Origin: Podarcis cretensis
Taxonomy: Eukaryota
DNA: 64,000 bases
Direction of reading: 5' to 3'
Assembly (NCBI GenBank): GCA_951804945.1
Contig: OX638160.1
Span: forward strand, 59,706,001 to 59,770,000
Made by a program: the position numbers and the translations under genes. Under the pieces are notes generated by a model. The model had not been told where the DNA came from. It worked only from the letters and a program-made list of their open reading frames with translations, and searched no databases. Below are positions 37,101-50,229 of this stretch, in pieces. Numbering within the stretch: position 1 is the first letter of the stretch; each line of letters opens with the position of its first letter.

Positions 37101-37338
37101 GTAACACAGGCCTACGTGTTGCCAGAAGGCGGTGGTTCTTTTAAGATTCAGAGACAATGAATACAATAATAGGTGAAGGCTAGAAATTCTTCATGCAAAG
37201 AAAGACTAGTGCCCAAACTGCAACCCAAAACCCACTTATTTATCGCCAAGTGCCAACACGGCAATTGAACCTGAATACTGAGGTTTTGGTTTAGAAGGGG
37301 AGGTTGGCGCATCCATGTGGAGAGAGAGTGGAGCAACA

Positions 37339-38538
37339 CAGTGGTGCCTCAGTTTTCAAACCGCTTAGTTCTCAAACTACTTGGAACCCATACACTTCAA
37401 ACCCGGAAATGAGTGTTCTGGTTTTTGAACTTTTTTGGGAAGCAGAACATGCTCTGTTCTGAGTATAACTTCCGTTTTGATTGCCACACTTCTGTTTCCA
37501 GAATGAGGGAAGACGAGCTGGATGGCAAGCGAACAGGCCCCTGCCGCTCTCCAGCGCTGTGTCCCTCTGCCTCTGCAGCCACAACAGCAAACCGCCCCCC
37601 ACCCCCCAGCTCCGGAGACGCTGAATGAGGGAAGGCTGGGCTGGCAAGCGAGCAGGCAAGGGATGTTGCCACCCCCCCACCCCTGCCTGCTCCTGCTTGC
37701 AGGCAAATAGGAGTGGGATCAGGCTGCTCCGCTAGGCAGTGTTGCTGCTTGCATGGGAACAGGAGCTGGATCAGGGCTGCTCAGCTGGGGAGGTGCAGGA
37801 TCCCTCACACTTTCCACTGAAATGGTTCGTGACTGCACTCCCCTCAAGGAAGACGTTTAAGGAGCTCCCATCTCCGCATCAGAGCCCCTGCAACCCCATG
37901 AAGGCAGCCAGGCTGAATAGTTGCTGAGGTTGGGGAAGGTGGAGGCAGCCCAAAAGCTGCACCTGAGAGCCCCTGCACCACCTGAAGGCAGCCAGGCGCT
38001 CCTCAACTGAGCTGCTTGCTCCCGCTCCTACTTGTGAAGTGGAGGCTTCGTGCTTCCCAGCTGAAAGATCCCCATCCTGCTCCTGCACAAGTAGGAGCAA
38101 GAGCAGGAGCAGGCAGCTCAGCTGGGGAGCACGAACCCTCCACTCCACTTCTGACTCCGCTCCCATTGGCCCTGGCCGGAGGGTGTGTAAAGCCTCAACC
38201 TCGCAGCAGCAACAGCAGCAGCAGCAGCAGGAAGAAGGCAGCTGCTCGGAACTCTCGGCAGCCCACCAATGCGGCAGTGCGCCTCTGAGCGCGTGCACAG
38301 CGCTGTGCCCTCCCCACCCACAGCAGAAGCTCCCCAAGGGAAAGCGCGCACCCTGGAGGTTGTGGCTCCATTTTGCACACACACACACACACACCCTGAC
38401 ACCCCATCCGAGGCGCTTCTGCTTCGACACACGTTGAGCTGAGGACTCAATGCACCTGCCCTTACCTTCTGCCGGCTCTGTGCAGAGAGGGTTCTGAGTG
38501 CCCCCTCTGGCACGTGTGCCATAGGTTCGCCACCACTG
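37339..38538. mobile_element. GC-rich composite of DNA-transposon remnants (Tigger-like left end, hAT-like right end)
   Basis: cagtggtgcctc at 37339; right end ggcacgtgtgccataggttcgccaccactg; internal (CAG)n and (CA)n; internal structure unresolved. Confidence 0.5.
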
Positions 38539-38564
38539 GGCTATGGCATAAAGCTACAGAACAG

Positions 38565-38830
38565 ATCCTTTCTCTGGTGGCCCCACTTGTGGAATGTTCT
38601 CCCCAGGGAAGCTGGCTTGGTGCTTTCCTTACATTTCTTTAGGTGTAAAAACATTCCTTTTCTCCTAGGCCTTTGACTAATGGAACAGTCTGTGGTCTTT
38701 TAAACTGTGTGTGGCAGGGTTAGTGTTTTTGTTTGCTACTATGGTATGTATTTTTGTGTTTTTATATCGAAAATCACCCTGTGATCCTTGGCTGAAAGGC
38801 AGTATAGAAATTAAATAAATAAATAAAGAA
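38565..38830 (+). mobile_element. L2-type LINE 3' end
   Basis: ttgtggaatgttctccccaggga (LWNVLPRE-like), 3' stem region and (AAAT)n tail. Confidence 0.7.
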
Positions 38831-41082
38831 TAAGAATAAGAATAGTAAACAAGGCAACAGTGCTTACGCCCATGGAAACAGCACATGGAATAATTAAACT
38901 TAATTAATAAAAGCCCACCTTTATAAAATTATGTGATAAACAATTGAATTGGCACCAAACTTCTCTGTGGTCCAGCAAGACTGATAGGGAGACGTCCTAT
39001 GATCCACTTATTCCATAAGATTCCTTCAGCCAAATACATTGCAGGATCCATCCTTTAGAAAGCCACAATTACGTCATACCAGTAACATATAAATGAGACC
39101 TCCCTTGAGCCTCACCTTGCTTCCCTCTGGTGGTTGTGGCAGGTCCATGAAGGTCATTTTAAAGTATTCTATGTACTGCCTTTTATCTAGTTTAGAAAAC
39201 ATTCCTTCTGCATTAGGCTTAAATATTGAGATGAACTGGGCAGTATTTGTGCAGCTGCTAGGCTTTTCCTCAGATGAAAATGAACAAAATACTTTTGTTA
39301 GTTTGCAGTATTTATAGTCGGCTCTTCCTTGAATGTACAAAAACTACAAAATTAGGTCCAATAAAACACAATTCTAACCCAAGGTAAACAAGCAAAACTA
39401 CAGCAGCAAAAATTAATATTTCCAATTTAACCAAATGACAAGGTAAAAATAAACAAAACATTCAAGCAGACAGAAACAGACGAAACAACCAAAGGTTTTA
39501 GCATCACTTCCCATCCGAATCCTCACTTAGGCGGTCTACTCCCTCCCTCTCCATCTCTCACACAAAGTCTGTGTGCCAACAGACCCTCAATCTGTGACTT
39601 TTGAGTAACTTAACAACTGCAAAACCCCCCCCCCCCATCATCCAGGATCTCACCCTGAGCAGTGTAAATGGTTGCCCGCAAGCATCCACAGCAAGAAACT
39701 CCCATCTCTTATCCACAATGACAACAGAAAAAAGAACACACCCAAAATAAAAACTAGGTAGTGATAAATCCCAGCCAGTTTTTCTCTCCCTTTCCCAGTC
39801 CTGAGAAAACCACAGGGTTGCCAGGTAGAGACATGCAGATGGGTTTGCTGGTGTCCCTCATCTCTCGTCTTCTTTTCAGCTGGCACAGACAGCGTTCAAG
39901 GTCCTTTAGGGTCTAGACTAGACTAAACAAAACTATGGTTTCGAAACTATTGAAAAGCATACTGGGGTTGTTCCAAGGGGTTTTCAGTGTAGGGCCGGCC
40001 TATTCATGAGGCTGGCTGAGTGAGGCAGCTGCCTTCGGTGGCGGGAGCCCAAGAAGCAGCACCCCTGAGAGCATGCCTCATGTTCCACTACTAGTGAAGG
40101 AGGGGTGCCGGCAGCAGCTCTGGTAGCTACTGGCAATATCTTGCCAAAATGTTGTGAGATCTAATGTACTCTGTGAGACCTTGTGTGAGATCTCACCGGA
40201 ACCCACTGTTATTGCCACTGCTTTCTGGGTGTTGCCATGTAAGGAAGTCTTTGGTGGCGGCAGTGGCAGAGTGGCATCTTCCCATTTCGCCTCAGACGCA
40301 CCGACTCATCTCAGTGAGATGCTTAATGATGGCCATCAAGGAAGCCCCCCCCCCCCCCGAAAGACTGATTGTTCACCTAACAAAAGCCAGTTACAGAAGA
40401 GGGAATCGGGCAGCGAGACACATCAGGCTGGCAGTGTGTCCCAGAGCACATATCCTGCAGAATGCTGTGGCAGTTCCTTGGAAAACCAGTCTTTAGGGGC
40501 TCCCTGAGGACAGAAAGTTTGAAAACCACCATTATAATGCATACACAGTAAATGTATCCACCATCACAATCATCATTTGAAAAAGTGCTGGATTTTTCAA
40601 ATGCATCCACATAGCTGTTTCAAATTTTTTTCCACATATGTGGGCATTTTTTTCAGAATATCTTGAAGATTGCTTTACACAGTTTTGACTAAACTGCAGT
40701 AGTCTCTTGGTCCATTGCTTTGCTTCCTAGGCATTATTAGCCCGCAGGGGATTTTTCTACCATCTAATTAAATGGGAAGCTTATGCACTGTATATATCCC
40801 TCTAAATAGGTGAGCTACGTTTTTCTGTTCTGCTGTTGCATGAGGGGGGCATAAAACTCAGCCTGCACTGGAATGGAAAGTTTGTTCAGTCAGCCTGCTG
40901 TGAAGTGAATAAAAATGTTTATAGGTTCTTATAAAAGAGAGAGTGGGGGGAAATAGAGCTATGTTAATATGGTGTGAAGTCCAAATATAATAATTTGTTT
41001 GCAAAGGGCATATTTAAAGGCAAAACAACAAATCCTTAGTTCTTGTAGTGTTTTTTTAAAGCTAATTTTATTATGCTATTTA

Positions 41083-41448
41083 AAAAGGTAAAGGTAAAGG
41101 TACCCCTGCCCGTACGGGCCAGTCTTGACAGACTCTGGGGTTGTGCGCCCATCTCACTTAAGAGGCCAGGGGCCAGCGCTGTCCGGAGACACTTCCGGGT
41201 CACGTGGCCAGCGTGACATCGCTGCTCTGGCGAGCCAGAGCCGCACACGGAAACGCCCTTTACCTTCCCGCTGGTAAGCGGTCCCTATTTATCTACTTGC
41301 ACCCGGAGGTGCTTTCGAACTGCTAGGTTGGCAGGCGCTGGGACCGAGCAGCGGGAGCGCACCCCGCCGCAGGGATTCGAACCGCCGACCTTTCGATCGG
41401 CAAGTCCTAGGCGCTGAGGCTTTAACCCACAGCGCCACCTGCGTGCCC
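41083..41448 (-). mobile_element. Sauria SINE, full length and young, with 13-bp TSD
   Basis: TSD ATTATGCTATTTA at 41070-41082 and 41449-41461; nearly identical to the 56 kb copies. Confidence 0.95.
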
Positions 41449-41769
41449 ATTATGCTATTTACCTTCTTGCTAATATGTGTATGTGCATGTAAAGTTAAAT
41501 ATAAAGAATTGATTATTGAGGAAATTAATGAAACAAAAGCAGTCTACTCTTTCAGCCAAGCATAAATCTTTATATTTTCACCTTCTCCCCAACTCAATTC
41601 AATTCAAGTATTTTATTAAAACTTCCAAGACTGTCAAATCATAAATCAAACCAAACCAAGAAATAACCTAAAAACAAAATTATTATTATTAATAATATTA
41701 TTATTAGTACTATTATTAATTCCCTGCATCTTTACTAAGAATGAAATCATTTGGAGGCTTATATCATTT

Positions 41770-41997
41770 CCCCCCTGTAGAATACTCTCCTGGAGGATGT
41801 GAAAGAGTTAAACAACTATATAAATTTTAGTAGACATCTGAAGGCAGCCCTGTTTGGGGAAGCTTTTAATGTTTGATTTTTTTGTTGTTTGATTTGTATT
41901 CTTGTTGGAAGCCACCCAGAGTAGTTGGGGTAATCCAGTCAGATGAGCGGGGTATAAGAAATTATAAATTATTATTGTTGTTGTTGCTGTTGTTATT
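41770..41997 (+). mobile_element. L2-like LINE 3' end (same family as 52555-52845)
   Basis: Shared gatgtgaaagagttaaacaac...gaaggcagccc...ggaagccacccagagt. Confidence 0.65.
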
Positions 41998-42802
41998 CCA
42001 ATCCAAATGCCATAAACACTTGAGAAACCTAAAGCATAATTCTAATAAATATTAAATATAAACTACCTAATTATATTTAGCTAATAATATTGAACCAATA
42101 CTCAAAATTTGCCAATCCAAGCCAGTAAGCCTACCTAATATCAAAGTTTCACATTTTCTTCAGTTTACCCATAAGATTGACTTACCCGATATGCTCCCAC
42201 TTGACAGCTTTGATCGGCAGAATTTGCACTTTTACAGGTGCCGCATAATACCTGCACCACATCTATAAGAACTCAATTGTTTAGTTTGGAAGCCTCAACA
42301 CTTTGGAGCTCCCTGCCTATTTTTATCAGGCCTTCGTGCCCGCTGAAGACATTTTTATTTAAACAAGTCTACCCAGATTTTTATTTAGTTTGTGTGAGTT
42401 TTAATTTGTTTTAATCTATTCTATTGTCATTAAAACTTTCTGTATGGTTTAAATTATGGTTGTAACTTTTTAGTAATAATTTTATTGTTCTATCTTTTTC
42501 ATAAACTGCTTTGAGTTTTCTTTTACCATCAAGCAGTATATAAATTTTGTGAAATAAATAAATAATCTTTATTTATGGCAACCATAGCTGACTATAAGGT
42601 CAGGCCAAGAGACTTTCACTTTCTGTCTTTCTTTCCTGTTAGGCTGTACTTAAGGGGATCATGCATAGTTAATTCACTGTGCCCAAATACTTCAAAATAA
42701 CAACAGGCGACACATAACACTAAGCCAAATCGTGGCTAAGCATGAAGGGGTAATGTGCATCTGACTAACATATTTTACTTCCTCCCCTTTTTCAAAATCA
42801 AG

Positions 42803-42936
42803 GTACCAAAATATTCAGCGAACTATTGCTACGGAAAGAACAGAGGAGGACACTGTGGTTAGCAGCAGGGTAGAGAGGCTTCCCGCTGGAGGAGGAGGAA
42901 GTGATTCTGAGGCAGACCCTTCGCAGCCAAATTCCG
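42803..42936 (+). CDS. HECW1: HECW1 exon (YQNIQRTIATERTEED...SQPNS)
   Basis: Acceptor aaatcaag, donor CCG|gtaaga; 134 nt, phase 2 to 1. Confidence 0.92.
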
Positions 42937-43591
42937 GTAAGACATTTACATGAGTCAGTGTCCTCCTCTGACTATGGTATTGTATGAGCTTTGTAGATGA
43001 GTGGGGGGGGGGGGGTAGCATCACGTTTCACAGATGCTTCTCAGTGAGGGTCTGGTTCTCACTGTTGTGATAAAGTCTATGTTGGGGCCGTAATTGGTGG
43101 GTCCCAAGCGTCATTGCGCTTCCATATTCCCTCCTGTTGGTTTATTTATTTCATAAAATTTATATGCAGCTTGACTGTAAAAAATCCCAGAGCGGTTAAC
43201 AAAAAGCTAAAACCATAACATCAGGAAAAAGATTTAATATGTTAAATGCACAAGAAGTTAAGATACTTGAAAAGATACTTGTGGATGTCAGAGATAAAAA
43301 GAACTATTCACTTTTACACTGGATATTTGTTTATAAAACTAAGTTGGAAAGAACTTGTTGCCTAAAAGCCAAGTCTTAGCTAAAGGAATCGACAAATAAG
43401 GAATTGAAAACACAAGAAGCACAGGTTTGTTGGGGAGGGTTGTGCCATGGATTAACAAGTCCTTTCTGTAACTACCAGGAAGTTGGCCAGAAGCCGTGCT
43501 TTAGAGGGGGAAATCAGAAGAGGGGAGAATAGTCATTCAAAATTCAAATGTTCTCTTGCTGTGTATTACATGGAAGCCTTTTTATTTTCAG

Positions 43592-43713
43592 AAATTAGAA
43601 GAGAAGTACCTGTTTCACCTGTGAATTCTCAAAAAATCACTTTGTTGCTGCAGTCTCCAGCTGTAAAGTTCATCACCAACCCTGAGTTTTTCACGGTGCT
43701 GCATGCAAACTAT
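43592..43713 (+). CDS. HECW1: HECW1 exon ([40 protein letters not shown])
   Basis: Acceptor ttattttcag, donor TAT|gtaagt; 122 nt, phase 1 to 0. Confidence 0.94.
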
Positions 43714-46225
43714 GTAAGTGCTTGACCCTCATTTATCTTGCAAATTGCTGATATACTTTGATAGCAGCATCCAGGTGGCACTTCAGTTCTCTCTCTGCAA
43801 TTGAGAATGTGTGAGAAAGAATGAAGGTGATCGGAGAAACTACGCAAAAGCCAGAATTGCGGGAAAAGAACTGAATTCTAGGGAAGAAAATACAATTATC
43901 CAAGTGATAAATTCATCCCCACTTGAATTTGTTCACCTGGATGGTCATGCAGAAGAAATTTGGCTTTGCAGCAATCCAGCAGCATGGTTTGCAAAAACCC
44001 CTCTACGTGTGCCTCCTTTTTGAAAAAGGAGCATTTGGTGGTTTGCAAATGTATGATATCAAACCTTATCACTGAACATAAACTACAATAAGATGTTTAG
44101 TCATTGATCCACAACAGAGTATTGTTGAGTCATGCGTGTTCAAGGGGAATCATAATGCATAAAGGTATCTCTTCTCACTGCTAAGATATTTCAGAAGATG
44201 TTGGACAATTACTGTGCTCATCTGTTTCTGCCTTAATAGACCTGGATCTACATTATAATCCTTATGCAACATTTTGGTTAGCAAGGCCACTAGCTTGTCA
44301 TATGTACAACTCATACTCTTCCCATTTCTCCATGCTAGAACATCCCTAACACATTCACACACAATCACTAAATCAGTATTTTACCAAACTCTAACAAGTA
44401 TCTCAGAACAGAGGTTTTCAGATCCTGGAATGCCTTTTGAAAGCTTCACATCCTCAAGGAGAAAATCAGTAGTAGGAGACATACCTCCCCAAGAGAGAAC
44501 TTGTGTGGCATTACTGATCTCCCACCCACCCAAAATGGTTTTTAAAAGCATAGTTCCATTTAAGTTTCTATACTTCATGACAGTGAATGAGGCTTCCACC
44601 CATTGCAGTGTTGAAAAGCTAACCCCCCCCCCTTTTTTTTTTTGTTCTGAAGGAAGCTTCCAAGTGATGAGGAAGTATCCTTGCAATGCTATCAGGGAGT
44701 TACTGTGACTTTATTGAATTGCATTAATTGTTTTGATGAATTTGTTGTTGTTTGTTTTATATGCTTTTGTGTTTGATATTATAGCAGTTGCAGTGCTTGC
44801 TGCTTTTTAAATGGTGTTGTGATTATTGTGAACCACTTTGAACTCAACATTTGTTGTTGGAAAAGCAGAATACAAATATTAAATCAATACATCTCAGCCC
44901 CTAAAACATGCAGCCAAATGGGAATGTTGTGTGTATTCTAGGTTGCTTGTTCATTCATGCAAGGCATTGTGGGGTTCAGCAGCTGGTTCGTGCCATAGAT
45001 GAACTGACTATATGCCCTAGAATGCATCTGAGAATAGTGTGCACTATCCTGGGGGGTTTCTTGGTAGGCAAGTTGATGCAAAGAAGTTCCCCAGGAAGTT
45101 GAAAACTTGAAAACTGCACTGTCACAAGGCAAGAAAGTACAGTATGTATCAATTATCTCCACTCTTTTGGCAAATGCACACTTTCCCCTCATAATTGGCT
45201 AAGCAGAAACAAAATACAGTTTTAAAAATCATTTCAAGCTTTCTCTGAGAAGTATGTTGGAATGACTGGTAGAGCATAAGCAGTTTTCTTAAGATCCAGT
45301 TTTGGTTTGGTCAGGGGAGTCAAATACTACTCAGAAAGAAAACGTCTAAGATTAATCTGAATATTCCTCTTTGAACTTTTTGTGGCTTTCACTTTATATT
45401 AGTAGATCTTACATCAAAGCAGGTATCAAATTAATTTGAACAGAGCAACACCTTTTCTGTTACAGCAATGATTTCGATTCTGCCAAAGAAACCAGAATGA
45501 CCTGCTGAAACATCTGTTAAGGCAGTCATACAAACTCCACTTATGTAAAAATAATATGCTACATAAATTTGGGCTTAATGTCGTTATAATATTTTAACCA
45601 CAAACTCCAATTAAAATTTAGAAGCATTAATTATGGCCATAAAAATTGAATTGGAAAATATTATCCAGCAGCTGGAGCCGAAATGGAAAACAGATCTCTT
45701 CTTTACTTGAAGGCTTTAAAAAAACCTATGAAATTTTTGGTCTCTTTTAAGGTTTCAGAGAGCTACTAAAATGGTCAATGAGCTGGTGGTGGAATTCCAG
45801 AGTTTGTACTACTAAGTTTCTGTAATCCCAACCCCAAGCTAAATAGCAAGAACATTATCATATATTTCCAGAAATTAACGATCATTCACTGTGTGTGATC
45901 ATAAATACTTAGCAAGTTACATGCGTGCTGGAGCAATGTGAGAGCCTCTTCCATGTGGCTACATGATATTTCACTGCAGCAATATCTGTAGGAAGGAACT
46001 GGAAGGTTGAGGCAAATGATATGATTCCTTCCCATGCCAATATCATAGGCCCTCCGGCAATCACTGCTTAGTTACCAGAGCCACATGGCTCTTTCTTACA
46101 GATGTTGCTACAGGGGCAAGGGACCCACTGAATCACAGGAGGATGTAGTGTTATGCATTCTGGATGGCTATAGTCTGACAACTAAGACCAACCATGTCTC
46201 AATTTGATCTGGAATAATCTTGGTA

Positions 46226-46560
46226 CAGTAGTGCCTCGCAAGACGAAAAGAATCCGTTCCACGAGTCTCTTCGTCTAGCGGTTTTTTCGTCTTGCGAAGC
46301 AAGCCCATTGACGGCTTAGCGGATTAGCGCTATTAGCAGTTTAGCGGCTTTTAGCGGCTTAGTGGCTTAGTGGATAAGCGGATAAGCAGCTTAGAAAAAG
46401 GGGGGAAAGGGGAAAAAACCCGCAGGAACTCGCAAGACATTTTCGTCTTGCGAAGCAAGCCCATAGGAAATTCGTTTTGCGAAGCACCTACAAAACGGAA
46501 AACTCTTTCGTCTAGCGAGTTTTCCGTCTTGCGAGGCGTTCGTCTTGCGGGGCACCACTG
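46226..46560. mobile_element. Tc1/mariner (Tigger-like) MITE with TA TSD, paralog of 29025
   Basis: TA|CAGTAGTGCCTCGCAAGACG...GGGGCACCACTG|TA. Confidence 0.92.
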
Positions 46561-46601
46561 TATTTGTGAACTTTCTTGCTGAGCATCTAAAGGCTCTTAA
46601 T

Positions 46602-46943
46602 GCGGGTGGCGCTGTGGGTTAAACCACAGAGCCTAGGGTTTGCCGATCAGATGGTCGGCGGTTCGAATCCCTGCGACGGGGTGAGCTTCCGTGGCTCGGT
46701 CTCAGCTCCTGCCAACCAGCAGTTCGAAAGCACGAAGTACAAGTAGATAAATAAGTACCGCTCCGGCAGGAAGGTAAATGGCATTTCCGTGCACTGCTCT
46801 GGTTCGCCAGAAGCGGCTTAGTCATGCTGGCCACATGACCTGGAAACTGTACGCCAGATCCCTCAGCCAGTAAAGCGAGATGAGTGCCGCAACCCCAGAG
46901 TTGTCTGTGACTGGACCTAACGGTCAGGGATCCCTTAACCTTT
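46602..46943 (+). mobile_element. Sauria SINE
   Basis: gcgggtggcgctgtgggttaaacc head, ggttcgaatcc box B, caagtagataaataagtacc core. Confidence 0.9.
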
Positions 46944-47324
46944 TAATGTGGGAGAAGACATACAGGCAGCAACCATTTTAGGTGTGTCCAATGACAAGCA
47001 GGTCCTTTTGGACCTGGAAGAGGGATGGAATGGGGACAGGAAGGAATGGAACCCGCACATGAAATTACCATTGCCTGTATTAAATGCATATTCTTTGGGC
47101 CCTTTATTAAAAGACAAGCCTACCCTTCTGTAAATAACCAGACTTTGGAGTCTAGCAGCTCACAAGTCTCTTAAAAACAGTTACATGATTTACTATTTCA
47201 GACAAGAGAGTTTGGGGGGAGGGGGTTGGCTGTATGAGTCATACATATTCTGGAAAAGGTCATTAGAGGTGACACATTTGCAGTCATGAAATCTTTGTTT
47301 TCCCCTCCTGCTTTTTGTATCCAG

Positions 47325-47510
47325 AGTGCCTATCGAGTGTTTACCAACAGCACCTGCTTGAAGCATATGATTCTAAAGATCCGCAGAGATGCTCGGAATT
47401 TTGAGCGGTATCAGCACAACAGGGACCTGGTAAATTTCATCAACATGTTTGCTGACACACGGCTGGAGCTTCCCCGCGGCTGGGAGATCAAAACTGATCA
47501 GCAAGGCAAG
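47325..47510 (+). CDS. HECW1: HECW1 exon, helical region and start of WW2 (SAYRVF...[15 protein letters not shown])
   Basis: Acceptor gtatccag, donor AAG|gtacaa; 186 nt, phase 0 to 0. Confidence 0.95.
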
Positions 47511-48490
47511 GTACAATAATTTATACAATATTGAGTTCTCTGCAAATTTATATGACTTATTTTATGAGGTTGACCAAGAATGCCCAAGGTGTTGAAATGT
47601 ATTAGCTTTGAAGTTTGTGCCTTATTCTCAGATGTCTCCTCCTGAGTCATTCAGTGGCATACACATTAATAGGCTAAGTATATGAATTTGGGGACCTGAA
47701 TACATTTACAGGACACAACTGCCAGTGCTGGCTGTCTACATGCAATCAGGCGGCTAAGCAGTCACAAAGGACATGTGGACCACAAGCACCTCAGTCGGTG
47801 GAGGTGGTCCAAAGGGCTACAGTAAATGTGATAAGGTGTACCCCTGTAAGCCCCTGCGTGTGCTGCTAATAGAAAAGTTCACCTTCCCCATTGGGGTAGA
47901 AAAACAGCTAACACATAAATCACAAGCCACAGCACAAAGCTAGAAGAAGAAACACAGCATATAATAGAACACAAATGACTACACGTAACTTGCTACACGT
48001 AACACAGGTTCCCAGCACACACAGGGGCTTTTGCAACAATGCAACGGCCATGGGTGGGAATCAAAGCTGCGTGCAAGTGCAACAACTTGAGATGTACTTT
48101 TATGCATATGTTTGGTCTAACAACTTGAATGAGGTAATGATGTACCGTATATGGCAGGTGGAAATTGAAATGCTTTGTAAAAACTTATATATACCCCCCT
48201 CTTGCCACTAGGAGGGGGTCCAGACTTTGCAGAACATATCCCACTGGATCAATAAAGGGCTGGACTTTATCTCCTCCCGGCTGCTGAGTCTTATTGACAA
48301 GAAACTTAGGGGGTTTTATAGGGTTTGACCGCTTGCAACAAGTCCACACCTGAACATCTAATTGCTCAAATGGAAGAGCCAGGCAAGATGCCTTAGAGGA
48401 CCATGCAGAATCCTGCTGAATACATTGTTTACTCTGGTTGCTTTATCAGTATTATAATCATTGTTCTTTTCCAACATTATTTTATTACAG

Positions 48491-48625
48491 TCCTTCTTTG
48501 TTGACCACAACAGCCGTGCTACTACTTTCATTGATCCCAGGATCCCACTTCAAAATGGCCGCCTACCCAATCATTTGACTCACAGACAGCATCTTCAGCG
48601 ACTCCGCAGCTACAGTGCTGGAGAG
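48491..48625 (+). CDS. HECW1: HECW1 exon, end of WW2 ([19 protein letters not shown]...RLRSYSAGE)
   Basis: Acceptor tttattacag, donor GAG|gtatgt; 135 nt, phase 0 to 0. Confidence 0.95.
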
Positions 48626-49679
48626 GTATGTTTTCTTGCTCTAATTCATTAGGATTTCTGGATAAATGGGTATATTCACAACAAAGCAATTTCTTCGTGT
48701 TCACCTTGCTAGCTTTATAATTTGTAGGAAGTGGCTGGATATGTAATAAATTATTATTATATTGTGGCCTGAAACCTGGGGGGGGGGGGAGAGAGAATGA
48801 TGATGAATTAGAATTCAGATACGTATACCCTATGAACTGAACCCCTATTCAGCCCATTCAATACTTGGTAGATACCAGGGGCAGGGCTACACTCACAGTC
48901 TAGTAAGAAAAGAAAAATTCCAGAAGATTAAATGATACGGATTAAGCCATATTGGGGAGGGGCCAAGAAGGCATATCGTAGTGGTAAAGAAAGACAGAGC
49001 TTCGCCAGCTATAAGTTGCCAGTGTGGTACAAAAAATAAATGACCTTATAAACATCTGCAGATATTAGCTTCAGCACGGCTATCAATACCTCTCGCAGCC
49101 TTCATATCTTGTAAAGTGATTAGAACAGATTTATATCTGCTTGTTTCCAAGCAATTCATTTGCTGGCTGTCAACAGCAGATTGTATCTTGGCTGTGAATC
49201 CTGGAAGACTTGCCCCCTGCCTTGCAGGCCTTTCCCACGAGGCCTGGGGAGGAGGGGCCCTGACTGACTCCAGCTACAAAAGCTGAGGCTGAGACTCTGG
49301 GATTGCAGTATAGTTTAAGAGTTTTTGGGGGGTGGAGGGTTGCGGGGTGAGTTGTTGCTATTATTGATTTTTTTTTTTTGTATCTTTACTTTTAGATCTT
49401 CTTATGATTTACGTGGCAATTGTTTAATTTGGTTGTGTACCTTTTGATGTTTTATTTATTGTTTATGACTACTTTTGTTATATTTGTAATGTACTTTTTC
49501 CATGTTGTAAGCCACCTTTAGCATGGAAAGGCAGCATACAAATAAAATGATGCATGCATGCATGTTTTTATTTGCAGCTCCCTGTCTTTAGGGTTGGTGC
49601 TGCCAGTCCACAGATTATACAGTTGCCTAGGTTTTCTGTAGAATGCACAACTTCAAGATGTGGGTCCTCCCAAAGGTTG

Positions 49680-49978
49680 CGCAGAGCTGCCTGCGCTCCC
49701 AGGCTCGGGTTCTGGGGCTGGGGACGGGGACGGGGGAAGCTCGGGCTTCCCCTGCCCCCAGCCCCGCAAGCTCCCAGAGCGATGCCAAATGTGCACTCAG
49801 CTTCGGCATCGCTCTGGCTCCCGTTCTGGGGGCTGGGGTCGGGGGAAGCTCGGGCTTCCCCCGCCCCAGTCCTGCGCCTGTGGGGGGAAAATAAATTTTT
49901 CCCCCTTTATTTCCCCCCCCCAAAAAAAATCTAGGTGCGTCCTATGGGACGGTGTGTCCTATAGGGCGAAAAATACGG
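49680..49978. mobile_element. Tc1/mariner (pogo/Tc2-like) MITE right arm
   Basis: Terminal gaaaaatacgg|ta; GC-rich internal duplication; left TIR not found. Confidence 0.6.
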
Positions 49979-50229
49979 TAGCTACTTTTTATAAATAGAT
50001 AATTAATAAGAACTGGTGCTTTACTGTAATACAGAAATTGAATAGGTACACCTGAAACCTTGAATTTAACACCAACTCCTTGAATATGTGCATTTTCTTT
50101 TTGCAATAATTCTCAAATGCCGTAGATAATTATTAATATTTTTGATTTTGAAAAATCAGCTGTCTGAGGCTGAAAACCTGCACACAGAATGAGTAGCCCT
50201 GATCCAAATGGGAAGTCTATAGCTATTGA

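Noticed and set aside
37879-38522. PolyQ/polyC-containing ORFs on both strands
   Set aside because: A (CAG)n tract in GC-rich transposon-derived sequence; no recognisable homology or exon structure.
47827-48356. Possible additional solo LTR on the minus strand
   Set aside because: TG...CA ends and a TATA-like motif are present, but I found no matching TSD and no second copy.
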